A stretch of 64,000 nt of DNA from Escherichia phage vB_EcoM-UFV13: the sequence record NC_031103.1; one strand, written 5' to 3'. Shown here piece by piece: positions 28,925-42,401 of the stretch; the first letter of the stretch is position 1; each line of letters starts with the position of its first letter. Below the pieces are notes generated by a model that saw nothing but the letters and a program-made list of their open reading frames with translations, was not told the origin of the DNA and made no database searches. The position numbers and the translations under genes were made by a program.

Positions 28925-29160
28925 AGTACGCCATACACCCTTTGTGCTTCAACTAATCCATCAAAATCTAATTTAAGATGCGATATTTGGTCACCATCAC
29001 CTGGATTCACAATTACTAATACTGAACGAGGAGTTTCGGTAATAACACGAACCGATGTTTCAGGAAATCGTTCAGAAACCTTATTTACCAATTCCTGAGC
29101 AAATAGTTTAACTTTTTCTTGGAATTCTTTAACAGTAATTGGTTTTTCACTTAGCAGCAT
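28921..29160 (-). CDS. hypothetical protein, cd.2 position
   Basis: 79 aa ORF preceded by early promoter-like element. Confidence 0.65.
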   Translation of the reverse strand: MLLSEKPITVKEFQEKVKLFAQELVNKVSERFPETSVRVITETPRSVLVIVNPGDGDQISHLKLDFDGLVEAQRVYGVL

Positions 29161-29181
29161 TTTGTTTTCCTCATTTGTTTG

Positions 29182-29219
29182 GTAGAGCTATAATATCACA
29201 ACTCTACCGTAAAGTAAAC
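29182..29219 (-). promoter_or_regulatory. early promoter-like sequence
   Basis: Minus strand GTTTAC, spacer, TATTAT; inverted repeat GGTAGAG/CTCTACC flanks the -10. Confidence 0.55.
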
Positions 29220-29221
29220 TA

Positions 29222-29497
29222 TTAAATCGCTTTGAATTCCGCAGTTTGAGATTCAAAGCGAATGTCGCCTTTGATGACTAGCTCAGCATCAAGACCGAAT
29301 ACAACAATGATATGCGCGGAACCTGGATACAGCGTAATGGCAACAGAATCCACCTGGTCTGGAAGCAAAGTGTTCAATACATGAGTCACTTGAGCATGGA
29401 TTCGAAGTTCAGCTGCATTATCAAGCTTTTCAAACATATTATTAGCGATAATTTGACTAAACACTACTTCTACGATTTTAGAATAAGTCGGAAACAT
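29222..29497 (-). CDS. hypothetical protein, cd.3 position
   Basis: 91 aa ORF. Confidence 0.6.
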   Translation of the reverse strand: MFPTYSKIVEVVFSQIIANNMFEKLDNAAELRIHAQVTHVLNTLLPDQVDSVAITLYPGSAHIIVVFGLDAELVIKGDIRFESQTAEFKAI

Positions 29498-29499
29498 AT

Positions 29500-29692
29500 T
29501 TACCTCACATAATTTTCTTCAAGCCAATCAATAACATCCAAAGCGTTATCAAAAATTGAACCATCTACTTTGTCTTCTGTTTCATAATCAAGAACATCTA
29601 AGCCTACTCTTCCGTCAACAATAGGCCATAGACAAAATAGATATTTCTTTTCTTTTTCAATTTTATCACAAAGACGATAAATCTTTTCTAGA

Positions 29693-29700
<8 letters not shown>
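29500..29700 (-). CDS. hypothetical protein, cd.4 position
   Basis: 66 aa ORF. Confidence 0.6.
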
Positions 29701-31111
<1,411 letters not shown>

Positions 31112-31115
<4 letters not shown>

Positions 31116-31348
31116 TTATTTTTCTCAACTAATGATTGAATATAATCATGCAGCTCTTTAGATGCTTTACCCCACTTATTTTGATATTCATTTTTAAGAT
31201 TAGCACGTGATTGAGCTAATAAAACATCATTAGTTGGAGGTAAAGATTCTAACCGTTGAATCTGGCGTCCATAAATCATTGCAGCCATCTCGGATTCATA
31301 AATCAATCCTTTGAGATGTTCAAATTGATGCCATGAAATCATTTGCAT
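31112..31348 (-). CDS. hypothetical protein, pseT.2 position
   Basis: 78 aa ORF. Confidence 0.6.
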
Positions 31349-31638
31349 TTATCCTCTTTTAACTCTTGACGATAATAACATATCATAGTTTTCTGATCAT
31401 GTACATATCGTTTTACATCATTAAGCCAAATGCGAAATTCCTGGGAATCTTCAAATGGCATACCGACCCAAGCTTTACCATCAATAACTTTAACTTGCCA
31501 AGATAGTTTAGCTTCATCATATGACTTTATTTGTACAGGCCAATTAGGATGAACTGTTTCTTTCTTTACTTCTAGAGGCTTTGTCGAACAACCAACTAGA
31601 AGACCAATAGATAATATTACTGCTGATAGTTTAATCAT
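31339..31638 (-). CDS. putative lipoprotein
   Basis: 99 aa; N-terminal signal peptide with lipobox LLVGC. Confidence 0.65.
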   Translation of the reverse strand: MIKLSAVILSIGLLVGCSTKPLEVKKETVHPNWPVQIKSYDEAKLSWQVKVIDGKAWVGMPFEDSQEFRIWLNDVKRYVHDQKTMICYYRQELKEDKCK

Positions 31639-31988
31639 TTAGAAAGGTCCTGGATGTCTTCTGCGAACTTGTTGAAGGAGTTGTTGATTTGTTTTTCAAC
31701 CAATCCTGGCTTATGAGCCACCACATCCGCCTTCTTTGCGTCTTTGCGCAGTTTTTCATTTTCACGCTCAATAGCAGCAATTGCCTCACGATTTTTATTA
31801 TTCATCGCATCAATATAATTATACTGAATTCGCAAATTATTTAATGCTAAAGCGTTTTCATTGGCCGTTTTTGTAATTTCTACAACAGACGTTTCTAATC
31901 TTTCAATTTTATTTTTTAAAATTAAAGAAGTTCCGCCCAATGCAATTACAATTAATAGCAAGCCTGCTGTCGTATTACTTAATTGCAT
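31635..31988 (-). CDS. putative membrane-anchored coiled-coil protein
   Basis: 117 aa; N-terminal hydrophobic helix LLLIVIALGGTSLIL followed by charged coiled-coil-like region. Confidence 0.6.
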   Translation of the reverse strand: MQLSNTTAGLLLIVIALGGTSLILKNKIERLETSVVEITKTANENALALNNLRIQYNYIDAMNNKNREAIAAIERENEKLRKDAKKADVVAHKPGLVEKQINNSFNKFAEDIQDLSK

Positions 31989-32485
31989 AAAGTTTTAATA
32001 ACCTCTATAATATCGTCTTGAGAAAGACCGTTAATTAAAATATGATGTTCAGCAGGAGATTTAGAAATTTTAAAGCATGCCTCAACATCTTCTGCCATAT
32101 CTGATGCGCTACGATTTGGATTACTAATTCCAAGACGATGTTTTCCCGTCAAAGGATTAACGATGATATAGCATTTACAGTTGTTAATATGAACATTAGG
32201 TTGAGTCTGATTAATGAACACATCACAATCATATTTCGCAAGCTGATTTTCTAAAAAGACTTTCATCTCCTCAACTGCATCAGGAAGCATATCACGGGCT
32301 TGCTCAAGACGACGATTTCGATATTCTTTAATGGTCGTTTTCCGCTTGACTTGCTTAGCTAAATCTTTCTTAAGATCGGTGATATATCCAACTCGACGAT
32401 TTCCTTTAAATACAGAAATCCCATCTGTAGTATCACCGTATGCTTCAACGACCATTTCAGTAGTAATAAGCTGTAAATCCATCAT
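31979..32485 (-). CDS. alc: probable Alc (host transcription unfolding/termination protein)
   Basis: 168 aa ORF immediately downstream of rnlA, as for T4 alc (167 aa); assignment by position and size only. Confidence 0.6.
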   Translation of the reverse strand: MMDLQLITTEMVVEAYGDTTDGISVFKGNRRVGYITDLKKDLAKQVKRKTTIKEYRNRRLEQARDMLPDAVEEMKVFLENQLAKYDCDVFINQTQPNVHINNCKCYIIVNPLTGKHRLGISNPNRSASDMAEDVEACFKISKSPAEHHILINGLSQDDIIEVIKTLCN

Positions 32486-32541
32486 AAAGTCCTCATGTTA
32501 TGTCAGTAAGACTACTGTAACACAACACGAGGGACTTGTAA
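32486..32541 (-). promoter_or_regulatory. early promoter-like element plus leader upstream of alc (copy 2 of a duplicated element)
   Basis: Near-identical to 17496..17550, including GTTTAC, the -10 region and the GAGGA leader. Confidence 0.6.
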
Positions 32542-32546
32542 ACAGC

Positions 32547-34134
<1,588 letters not shown>

Positions 34135-34166
34135 AATAAAATGGGCCTTGCGGCCCACTCCTTAAA
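34135..34166 (-). promoter_or_regulatory. structured ribosome-binding site of denA
   Basis: Minus strand UAAGGAG-U-GGGCC-GCAA-GGCCC-AUUUUAUU-AUG; Shine-Dalgarno overlaps the nrdB stop and is 23 nt from the AUG unless the GNRA hairpin forms. Confidence 0.6.
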
Positions 34167-35331
34167 AATATTTTTTAAAACTCATCATAACTTTATCATC
34201 AACATCATTATCAATCTGCGCAACAAGGTAAGATGACAGTTCTACTTCTTGCGGTGCAGATTGAACATTATCAGAATTAAGATATTCACGAATCCAAGGA
34301 TACGGATGTTTAACCGGAGCATCAGTAATTGGGCATGGAAGACCGCACTGTTTCATACGAGATACAGTTAAGTAATCAATAAAGCTCCACATGCTATTTG
34401 TATTTAATCCAGGAACATCGCCATCTTTAAATAAATGAACTGCCCAGTCTTTTTCTTGACGGTTAACTTCCATGAAAATATCAACTGCTTCTTGTTCACA
34501 TTCTTGGGCAATTTTAACCCATTCATCACCATCAGTGCCAAGTTGAAGTTGACGAATAATATATTGGGTGCCTTTAAGGTGAAGCTGCTCATCACGTGCA
34601 ATGAACTTCATAATCTTGGCATTACCTTCCATAATTTCCATGTTCTTATGGAAGTTAAAGGTACATGCGAAAGATACATAAAAACGAATAGCTTCCAATG
34701 CGTTGATTACGTGCAGGCAGAGGTAAAGAGATTTCATTAGTGCTCGTTTAGTACATTCAACAACTTTGCCTAACTCTTCTTTACGAAATCCTTCTGATAA
34801 AATTCCTTCATAATCTTCAACCGCATTCTGATATTCACGAGTCTTAACTAGAACATCATCGTAATAGCGACCAATGGACTCGGCACGTTTCATAATAGCT
34901 TTATCTAATACAATCTCGTCAAATACTTTTGACGGATCAGTATAAAGATTTCGCATAATATGAGTATATGAACGGCTGTGAATAGTTTCGCTAAAAGTCC
35001 ATGTAGCAACCCATGTATCAAGACTTGGGTCTGAAATTAACGACATAAGTACAGCAGACGGCGCACGACCCTGAATGCTATCCAAAAGTGATTGATACTT
35101 CAGGTTATTAGTAAAAATATCTTGCTGATATTGAGGAAGCTTGTTAAATTGTGCAGCATCCATCATCAAGTTTACTTCTTCAGGACGCCAGAAAAATGAT
35201 AATTGCTTTTCGGTTAAATCTTCAAAAACTTTATGACGTTGAATATCGTAACGCGCAATACCGAGACCTGAACCGAAGAACATAGGTTCTTTTAAAACAT
35301 CAACTGGATTTGTATTAAAAACTGTGCTCAT
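34162..35331 (-). CDS. nrdB: ribonucleotide reductase small subunit, uninterrupted
   Basis: 389 aa continuous ORF, class I RNR beta subunit. Confidence 0.95.
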   Translation of the reverse strand: MSTVFNTNPVDVLKEPMFFGSGLGIARYDIQRHKVFEDLTEKQLSFFWRPEEVNLMMDAAQFNKLPQYQQDIFTNNLKYQSLLDSIQGRAPSAVLMSLISDPSLDTWVATWTFSETIHSRSYTHIMRNLYTDPSKVFDEIVLDKAIMKRAESIGRYYDDVLVKTREYQNAVEDYEGILSEGFRKEELGKVVECTKRALMKSLYLCLHVINALEAIRFYVSFACTFNFHKNMEIMEGNAKIMKFIARDEQLHLKGTQYIIRQLQLGTDGDEWVKIAQECEQEAVDIFMEVNRQEKDWAVHLFKDGDVPGLNTNSMWSFIDYLTVSRMKQCGLPCPITDAPVKHPYPWIREYLNSDNVQSAPQEVELSSYLVAQIDNDVDDKVMMSFKKYF

Positions 35332-35382
35332 AAATTTTCCGCTTAGTTAATAGATAGTGACTCGTCCGTGAGTCAAATTATA

Positions 35383-37647
35383 TCATAATTTACAGGATGA
35401 ACAATCTTCAGCTTTTGGAGTTTCTATTTCATAATCATCAGTACCAGAACCATCGCGGGTATTATGATAATAGAAATTTTTTCCGCCAAAATACCAAAAA
35501 TACAAAAGGTCATCAATCATTATTGACATTGGAACCTTTCCTTTTGGAAAAATCTGCGGGTCATAATATGTATTTGCTGAAGCTGATTGACATACCCATT
35601 TAAGCATAATAGCTACCTGCGTAAGATAAGGTTTATTACCTTTCTTAGCTAATTTCCACGTATAATCATAGAGGTCTATGTTATGCTCAATATTGGGCAC
35701 GACTTGATTAAAGGAACCCTCTTTTGATTCTTTAACAGAGACTGGTCCACGTGGAGGCTCGATACCGTTTGTACTGTTAGAAACTTGGGAAGATGACTCA
35801 CATGGCATAAGTGCTGATAATGTGCTATTACGGATGCCAAAGAGCTTAAGGTCTTCCCGCAGCGACGACCAGTCACAAACGTATTTTGGAGCTGCGATTT
35901 GGTCAATCTTTTTATTGTACCAGTCGATAGGTAATTCGCCTCGAGACCAACGAGTGTCTGAATAATATTCGCAAGGTCCTTTTTCTTTGGCGAGCTTAAT
36001 GGATGCTTTAATGAGTCCATACTGTAATCTCTCAAATAGCTCATGTGTTAAATCGTTAGCGTCTTCATAAGAAGCAAAATTACTTGCCAGCCAAGCTGCA
36101 TAGTTAGTAACACCTACACCGAGATTTCGACGCTTTTTAGCTTTTTCTGCTTCAGGAACTGGATATCCTTGGTAGTCCAAAAGATTATCAAGAGCACGAA
36201 CTTGAACTTCTGCCAATTCATTAATTTTATCTTGGTCTTGCCAATCAAAGTTATCTAACACAAATGCAGATAACGTACACAATCCAATTTCAGCATCAGG
36301 ACTATTCACGTCATTTGTTGGAATAGCAATTTCACAACACAAGTTGCTCTGACGAATAGGTGCCTTTTCACGAATAAATGGAGTATAGTTATTCGTATTA
36401 TCAATGAACTGTACATAAATCCTTGCTGTTCCTGAGCGTTCAGTCATTAGCAATTCAAACAGTTCACGGGCTTTAATACGCTTTTTACGAATATTAGGGT
36501 CTTTTTCTGCGGCTTCATATAATTCACGGAAACGGTCTTGGTCTTTAAAATAAGAATAATAAAGCTCACCACCCATTTCATGTGGACTGAACAAAGTAAT
36601 GTAGTCGTTCTTTCCAAAACGTTCCATCATTAGGTCATTCAGTTGAACGCCATAATCCATATGACGAATACGGTTTTCTTCTACGCCTTTGTTATTTTTC
36701 AAAACGAGAAGATTTTCAACTTCCAAATGCCAAATAGGATAATAAGCAGTAGCAGCGCCGCCACGAATTCCACCCTGTGAGCATGATTTAACAGCAGTCT
36801 GAAAATGTTTCCAAAAAGGAATAACACCAGTATGACGTACTTCACCTGTACCAATCTTAGAACCTTCGGCACGAATCATACCAACGTTAATACCAATTCC
36901 AGCGCGTTTGGAGATATATTCAACAATTGAAGCAGAAGCTTTGTTAATAGACTTCAGCGAATCACCTGCTTCAATAACAACGCATGAACTAAACTGCCGA
37001 GTTGGAGTACGACAACCAGCCATAATAGGAGTTGGTAATGAAATCTGTCGAGTAGATACCGCTTCATAAAAACGAATAACGTGTTTTAATCTATCAACAG
37101 GTTCATCTTGATGCAATGCCATTCCAATAGTCATAAATGCAAACTGTGGAGTTTCATAAATTTGACCAGTGGTTTTATCTTTAACGAGATATTTTTCTTT
37201 TAATTGCATCGCCCCGGAATAAGTAAATTCCATATCCCGCTCGTGCTTAATTTTTGATTCTAAAAATGTAATTTCTTCTGCTGAATATTTTGACAGCAGT
37301 TCAGGGTCATATTTACCTTCATTTACACAGTAAGAAATATGGTCAATAAATGAACGTGGTTCATATTGTCCGTAAACATGCTTACGAAGAGCAAACATTA
37401 AACAGCGAGCGGCTACGTATTGATAATCAGGCTCTTCAACTGAAATAGAATTCGCAGCAGCCTTAATTACAATGGTTTGAATGTCATCAGTGGTCATTCC
37501 ATCACGGAGATATGATTTAATATTTTCATATAATTCATAAGGATCTACAGATGTTCCTTCGGCTGCCCAAGATAAAACTTTAATAATTTTTTGCGGGTCA
37601 AAGCTCTGAGAAACACCACTACTTTTGATAACATTAATTAATTGCAT
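35383..37647 (-). CDS. nrdA: ribonucleotide reductase large subunit
   Basis: 754 aa, same as T4 NrdA. Confidence 0.97.
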   Translation of the reverse strand: MQLINVIKSSGVSQSFDPQKIIKVLSWAAEGTSVDPYELYENIKSYLRDGMTTDDIQTIVIKAAANSISVEEPDYQYVAARCLMFALRKHVYGQYEPRSFIDHISYCVNEGKYDPELLSKYSAEEITFLESKIKHERDMEFTYSGAMQLKEKYLVKDKTTGQIYETPQFAFMTIGMALHQDEPVDRLKHVIRFYEAVSTRQISLPTPIMAGCRTPTRQFSSCVVIEAGDSLKSINKASASIVEYISKRAGIGINVGMIRAEGSKIGTGEVRHTGVIPFWKHFQTAVKSCSQGGIRGGAATAYYPIWHLEVENLLVLKNNKGVEENRIRHMDYGVQLNDLMMERFGKNDYITLFSPHEMGGELYYSYFKDQDRFRELYEAAEKDPNIRKKRIKARELFELLMTERSGTARIYVQFIDNTNNYTPFIREKAPIRQSNLCCEIAIPTNDVNSPDAEIGLCTLSAFVLDNFDWQDQDKINELAEVQVRALDNLLDYQGYPVPEAEKAKKRRNLGVGVTNYAAWLASNFASYEDANDLTHELFERLQYGLIKASIKLAKEKGPCEYYSDTRWSRGELPIDWYNKKIDQIAAPKYVCDWSSLREDLKLFGIRNSTLSALMPCESSSQVSNSTNGIEPPRGPVSVKESKEGSFNQVVPNIEHNIDLYDYTWKLAKKGNKPYLTQVAIMLKWVCQSASANTYYDPQIFPKGKVPMSIMIDDLLYFWYFGGKNFYYHNTRDGSGTDDYEIETPKAEDCSSCKL

Positions 37648-37964
37648 AAGTCCTCAACTTGAAAATCGTCTTTAAACAATCGGTTAACTATATGAGCTAT
37701 TATATCACCATGACACGGCTTTGGTTTACATGTGCATCCTAGCCTCATTCCACGTAAAGGCTCTAAATGTGCTTTAGTTATTTCTCCGGATTTAATTCGA
37801 CGTATAAAATCTTTTTTGAATAATTCAATGGCAGCCTCCCGGCTGCCAGCATCTTTACCGACGTAATTTCCCCAAAATGTACCACGGTGAATATTAACAT
37901 CAAAGTCGGATTTATATTTATTCACTACCTGGCATAGACGGCCCGCGCGGTGATAATTCGTCAT
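37638..37964 (-). CDS. hypothetical protein, nrdA.1 position
   Basis: 108 aa ORF. Confidence 0.65.
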   Translation of the reverse strand: MTNYHRAGRLCQVVNKYKSDFDVNIHRGTFWGNYVGKDAGSREAAIELFKKDFIRRIKSGEITKAHLEPLRGMRLGCTCKPKPCHGDIIAHIVNRLFKDDFQVEDLCN

Positions 37965-38193
37965 ATTGTTTTTCCGTTAAAACAGTAATATCATAGTAAC
38001 AATCTGAAGAAGTTTTAACTGTAGAAATTTTATTATCAAAATACTCACGAGTCATTTTATGAGTATAGTATTTTTTACCATAAATGGTAATAGGCTGTTC
38101 TGGTCCTGGAACTTCTAACTCGCTTGGGTTAGGAAGTGTAAAAAGAACGGCGCCAGAAGTATCTTTAAATCGTAAAATCATATATCCTCGCAA
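37918..38193 (-). CDS. hypothetical protein, nrdA.2 position
   Basis: 91 aa ORF. Confidence 0.6.
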   Translation of the reverse strand: MRGYMILRFKDTSGAVLFTLPNPSELEVPGPEQPITIYGKKYYTHKMTREYFDNKISTVKTSSDCYYDITVLTEKQYDELSPRGPSMPGSE

Positions 38194-38204
38194 TTAAATT
38201 AAAA

Positions 38205-39065
38205 TTATACCGCCATTTTTCCTTTCAAGACGCCGTGGGACTGATAATCTTTGAGAACGAAATCTTTAGGCCTGAGTTTAAGAATGTATTCCAATTGTTC
38301 TTTAGTAGAAAGATATCGGAATTTATAAGGCAATCCGCCTATTATCAGTTCACAAAGCTCTTTAGGTTCACGACACAAAATTTCTTTACATTGTTCTACG
38401 TGATTCATATAGATATGAGTATTACCGCCAGAAAATATCAAATCTCCAGGAATAAGATTACACATCTTAGCTACAATATGAACTAACGCAGCATATGATG
38501 CAATGTTGAATGGCAAGCCCAAGAACACGTCAACACTTCTTTGATACCACTGCAAATCTAAATAGCCATTACGCACATTAAACTGATAGAACATATGACA
38601 AGGTGGTAATGCCATATATTTAAGTTCAGCTGGATTCCACGCAGAAACAATTTGACGCCTATCACTTGGTAGTTTTTTAATACGATCAATAACTTTTACA
38701 ATTTGGTCTACACCGCCAAAATCACGCCATTGTTTTCCATAAATTGGACCAAGTTCACCGCTATGGTATCCTAAATCTTTTGCTTGATTTTCGTAATTTT
38801 CATCCCAGACTGTTTTGCCTTGAATTAATGAATCATGCTGAATTAATCGTAAATCATTGACATTTGTGCTTCCTGATAAAAACCAAAGCAGCTCAGCAAT
38901 GCAAGCTTTCCAGGCGAGCTTCTTGGTTGTTACCGCAGGAAAACCTTTAGTTAAATCCCAACGTAATTTAGTACCGAACAAAGCAATTGTTCCTGTGCCT
39001 GTTCGATCATCGGTTTCATAGCCATTTTCAAAAATATCTTTAATTAAATCTTGGTATTGTTTCAT
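38205..39065 (-). CDS. td: thymidylate synthase, uninterrupted
   Basis: 286 aa continuous ORF matching recalled T4 Td sequence. Confidence 0.97.
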   Translation of the reverse strand: MKQYQDLIKDIFENGYETDDRTGTGTIALFGTKLRWDLTKGFPAVTTKKLAWKACIAELLWFLSGSTNVNDLRLIQHDSLIQGKTVWDENYENQAKDLGYHSGELGPIYGKQWRDFGGVDQIVKVIDRIKKLPSDRRQIVSAWNPAELKYMALPPCHMFYQFNVRNGYLDLQWYQRSVDVFLGLPFNIASYAALVHIVAKMCNLIPGDLIFSGGNTHIYMNHVEQCKEILCREPKELCELIIGGLPYKFRYLSTKEQLEYILKLRPKDFVLKDYQSHGVLKGKMAV

Positions 39066-39110
39066 TTAGTACCTTATATAAATTATAATACATTTTATGA
39101 AGCTAAATAA

Positions 39111-39458
39111 TCAATACGGTTTAGCATCAAATTTTCTCTCAATTTCAGGTGTGAAATATAATTCTTTACCACGTTTGGAAAAGCGACCAATAATATGATA
39201 ATTATTCTCATCAAACGTGATATTACCAATATCCATAGCTTTCAACCAAATATCGATATTTCTATCCAGCTTTATGTCAAAATTCCAATACAGAGAACTA
39301 TTACCGAAAATACTGCAAGCGGATTCAGTGAAACAACTGCTATAAATCTTGTCTTTAGGAACTACTAATTGATAGACACCTTTAATAAACTGAGGACCCT
39401 GCCACTTTGGCTGTTTCTCATCTTTTTCTAATAGAATAGGGTAATAATTAAAATTCAT
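39111..39458 (-). CDS. hypothetical protein inserted between frd and td
   Basis: 115 aa ORF; no recognisable motif. Confidence 0.6.
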   Translation of the reverse strand: MNFNYYPILLEKDEKQPKWQGPQFIKGVYQLVVPKDKIYSSCFTESACSIFGNSSLYWNFDIKLDRNIDIWLKAMDIGNITFDENNYHIIGRFSKRGKELYFTPEIERKFDAKPY

Positions 39459-39477
39459 ATTTCCGCCACGCGTTATT

Positions 39478-40304
<827 letters not shown>

Positions 40305-40314
40305 ATTATTTTCC

Positions 40315-40557
40315 TTAAACAGACTTTTTCACAATTTTCCAATCAGCTTTAAACTGATTGACGTCAGAATGGTAAATCCAGAATCCTGCGCTTTCTCCAT
40401 CCTCATAAAGAGGGCATCCATCGCATTCATCTTCCCATCCCATATCACGTAAAAGTTGTTCAGCTTTTTCAACAAGTTCAGAATCTTTACCGATGATATT
40501 AAAATACCATTTACCTCTAACTTCCGAATCTTTGATGCTCTGGCGTTGTAATCTCAT
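40315..40557 (-). CDS. hypothetical protein, frd.2 position
   Basis: 80 aa ORF preceded by early promoter-like element. Confidence 0.65.
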   Translation of the reverse strand: MRLQRQSIKDSEVRGKWYFNIIGKDSELVEKAEQLLRDMGWEDECDGCPLYEDGESAGFWIYHSDVNQFKADWKIVKKSV

Positions 40558-40570
40558 TTTATTCTCCTTA

Positions 40571-40612
40571 GTTGATAGGGTAATAGTATCACACTACTAC
40601 CCTACTGTAAAC
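40571..40612 (-). promoter_or_regulatory. early promoter-like sequence
   Basis: Minus strand GTTTAC then TACTATTAC; inverted repeat TAGGGTA/TACCCTA. Confidence 0.55.
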
Positions 40613-40977
40613 TACTTTTTGAAAGTTTTTCGCAAAAGTTCAATGATTTCGTCTACATTGTTTTCATCTACAATGCAGTGAATTTTTGTTACGCCAGAAA
40701 CCTTGTCTTCGACTTCATCTTCTTCAAAAGTCGGTTCTTTATACTCACGAAAACAATGAAATTCGTCTTCGCAAACGTTAAAATAAAAATGCTTTCCATT
40801 TGTGCATTCAATGTGTTTTATTACTCTAAATCCATCAACAAAGAAAGCTTCTTTAACTTCAAACCATCCGCCATTTTCTTGAATAATTTTAACTATTGCT
40901 GAATTAGAACGTGGACGATAATTAATAAATGTATCAATAAGTCTTGGAACAAGTTCATACTTTTTACCGATATACAT
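40612..40977 (-). CDS. hypothetical protein, frd.3 position
   Basis: 121 aa ORF; hairpin plus GAGGAAAA upstream. Confidence 0.65.
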   Translation of the reverse strand: MYIGKKYELVPRLIDTFINYRPRSNSAIVKIIQENGGWFEVKEAFFVDGFRVIKHIECTNGKHFYFNVCEDEFHCFREYKEPTFEEDEVEDKVSGVTKIHCIVDENNVDEIIELLRKTFKK

Positions 40978-41021
40978 TTTCTTTTCCTCATTTTAATAGG
41001 GGCTTGATAGCCCCTTGATAA

Positions 41022-41249
41022 TTACTGTTCAATAAATCCTGTGTAAAATTCTACATCTTCAGCATCCATACCGTCGCAGTATTCATTAACCATAAACTGT
41101 TTAAGACGATCTAAAGGACCTTCAATAACAACTGAAACATTACAATTAGGATCATCTAATGCGCTTATGATACTAAGTTCAGGATAACGATTACGAATAA
41201 TTTCTTCAATATATTCAAAATCAACAACATCAATATCAATTTTAGCCAT
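41022..41249 (-). CDS. hypothetical protein
   Basis: 75 aa acidic ORF preceded by early promoter-like element. Confidence 0.6.
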   Translation of the reverse strand: MAKIDIDVVDFEYIEEIIRNRYPELSIISALDDPNCNVSVVIEGPLDRLKQFMVNEYCDGMDAEDVEFYTGFIEQ

Positions 41250-41284
41250 ATTATTTTCCTCTTTAATTATCAGCAGTATTGCCG

Positions 41285-41322
41285 ATAGTTGTATAGTACT
41301 ATAAAGCTTTGTGCTTGTAAAC
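41285..41322 (-). promoter_or_regulatory. early promoter-like sequence
   Basis: Minus strand GTTTAC, 17 nt, GTACTATAC. Confidence 0.55.
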
Positions 41323-41344
41323 CACTTTGTGAAAAATTTTTGAA

Positions 41345-41372
41345 ATAAAAAAGGGGACCCTAGAGGTCCCCA
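41345..41372 (-). terminator. rho-independent terminator after gene 32
   Basis: Minus strand GGGGACC-UCUAG-GGUCCCC followed by TTTTTTATTT. Confidence 0.8.
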
Positions 41373-41393
41373 ATTAATTAATAATATAATCTA

Positions 41394-42302
41394 TTAAAGG
41401 TCATTCAAAAGGTCATCCAGGTCCGTGTCATCAGCACTAGATGAACTGCCAGAGCTTGAGCTCATAAAATCATCTTCAGTTTTTGTTTTGAAGTCATCAA
41501 CATTGAATGCATCCAAATCATCAGCAACTTTATCAGCTTTCTTAGCAGCAATTGCAGCGGCACCACCCATCACAGCAGTTCCCATGACTTGACTGAACTT
41601 AGTGCTCAGTTCTTCAAATGATTTGAATTTATCTTTAGAAGTCATTTCAGAAAGGTCAACCATTTGTTCGAACAGTTCTTTCTGGAAAGATTCATCATCA
41701 ATGTTTGGAATCGCAGATTGATTCAGGAATTTAGATTCATCGTAGTTACTAAATCCAGAAACTTGTTTAACTTTCAGTACAAAGTTAGCACCTTCCCACG
41801 GACAAGTTACATCAACCGGAGTTTCACCCATTTCAACATCAACTGCAATCATTGCGTTGATTTTATCCCAGATTTTCTTACCGAAACGGTATTTAAATAC
41901 TTTACCTTCATTTTCTGGAGCAGCCGGGTCTTTTACAACAAGAATGTTAGCCCAGTAAGAAGTTTTACGTTTAACAAGACTGTACTCTTTATTGTCAGTG
42001 TTGTACAAATCATTTTTACTGATGTACTGACATACTGGGCAAGAATCGTAATCACCGTGGGTAGATGAGCAATTTTCGATATACCATTTACCGTTTTTCT
42101 TGAAACCGTGATTTACAAGAATTGCGAATGGTGCTTGTTCATCATTTTTAGACGGAAGAAAACGAATTACTGCTTGACCGTTACCCGCATTGTCGAGTTT
42201 CAGTTTCCACTCGCCTTTATCTTCAGAAGAAAAACCACCTTTATTTCCAGCCAGTTTAGCCATTTGTGCAGCGAGTTCAGCAGTAGATTTACGTTTAAAC
42301 AT
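41394..42302 (-). CDS. 32: single-stranded DNA-binding protein gp32
   Basis: 302 aa, recognised gp32 sequence with Ser/Asp-rich acidic C-terminus; pseudoknot operator in leader. Confidence 0.97.
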   Translation of the reverse strand: MFKRKSTAELAAQMAKLAGNKGGFSSEDKGEWKLKLDNAGNGQAVIRFLPSKNDEQAPFAILVNHGFKKNGKWYIENCSSTHGDYDSCPVCQYISKNDLYNTDNKEYSLVKRKTSYWANILVVKDPAAPENEGKVFKYRFGKKIWDKINAMIAVDVEMGETPVDVTCPWEGANFVLKVKQVSGFSNYDESKFLNQSAIPNIDDESFQKELFEQMVDLSEMTSKDKFKSFEELSTKFSQVMGTAVMGGAAAIAAKKADKVADDLDAFNVDDFKTKTEDDFMSSSSGSSSSADDTDLDDLLNDL

Positions 42303-42368
42303 TTTTATTTCCTTTTTAATTTAATTAACAGTTGGTGCTATGACGATGTATGACCTCATAGCTGGTCA
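42303..42368 (-). promoter_or_regulatory. gene 32 autoregulatory translational operator (pseudoknot plus unstructured AU-rich leader)
   Basis: Minus strand UGACC-A-GCUAUGA-GGUCA-UACAUCG-UCAUAGC (interleaved stems) followed by UUAAUUAAAUUAAAAAGGAAAUAAAA-AUG. Confidence 0.8.
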
Positions 42369-42385
42369 GTGAGATAATTATAATC

Positions 42386-42393
42386 TATTTATA
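42386..42393 (-). promoter_or_regulatory. late promoter motif TATAAATA upstream of gene 32
   Basis: Minus strand exact motif about 85 nt upstream of the gene 32 ATG. Confidence 0.6.
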
Positions 42394-42401
42394 ATAAGCA
42401 A

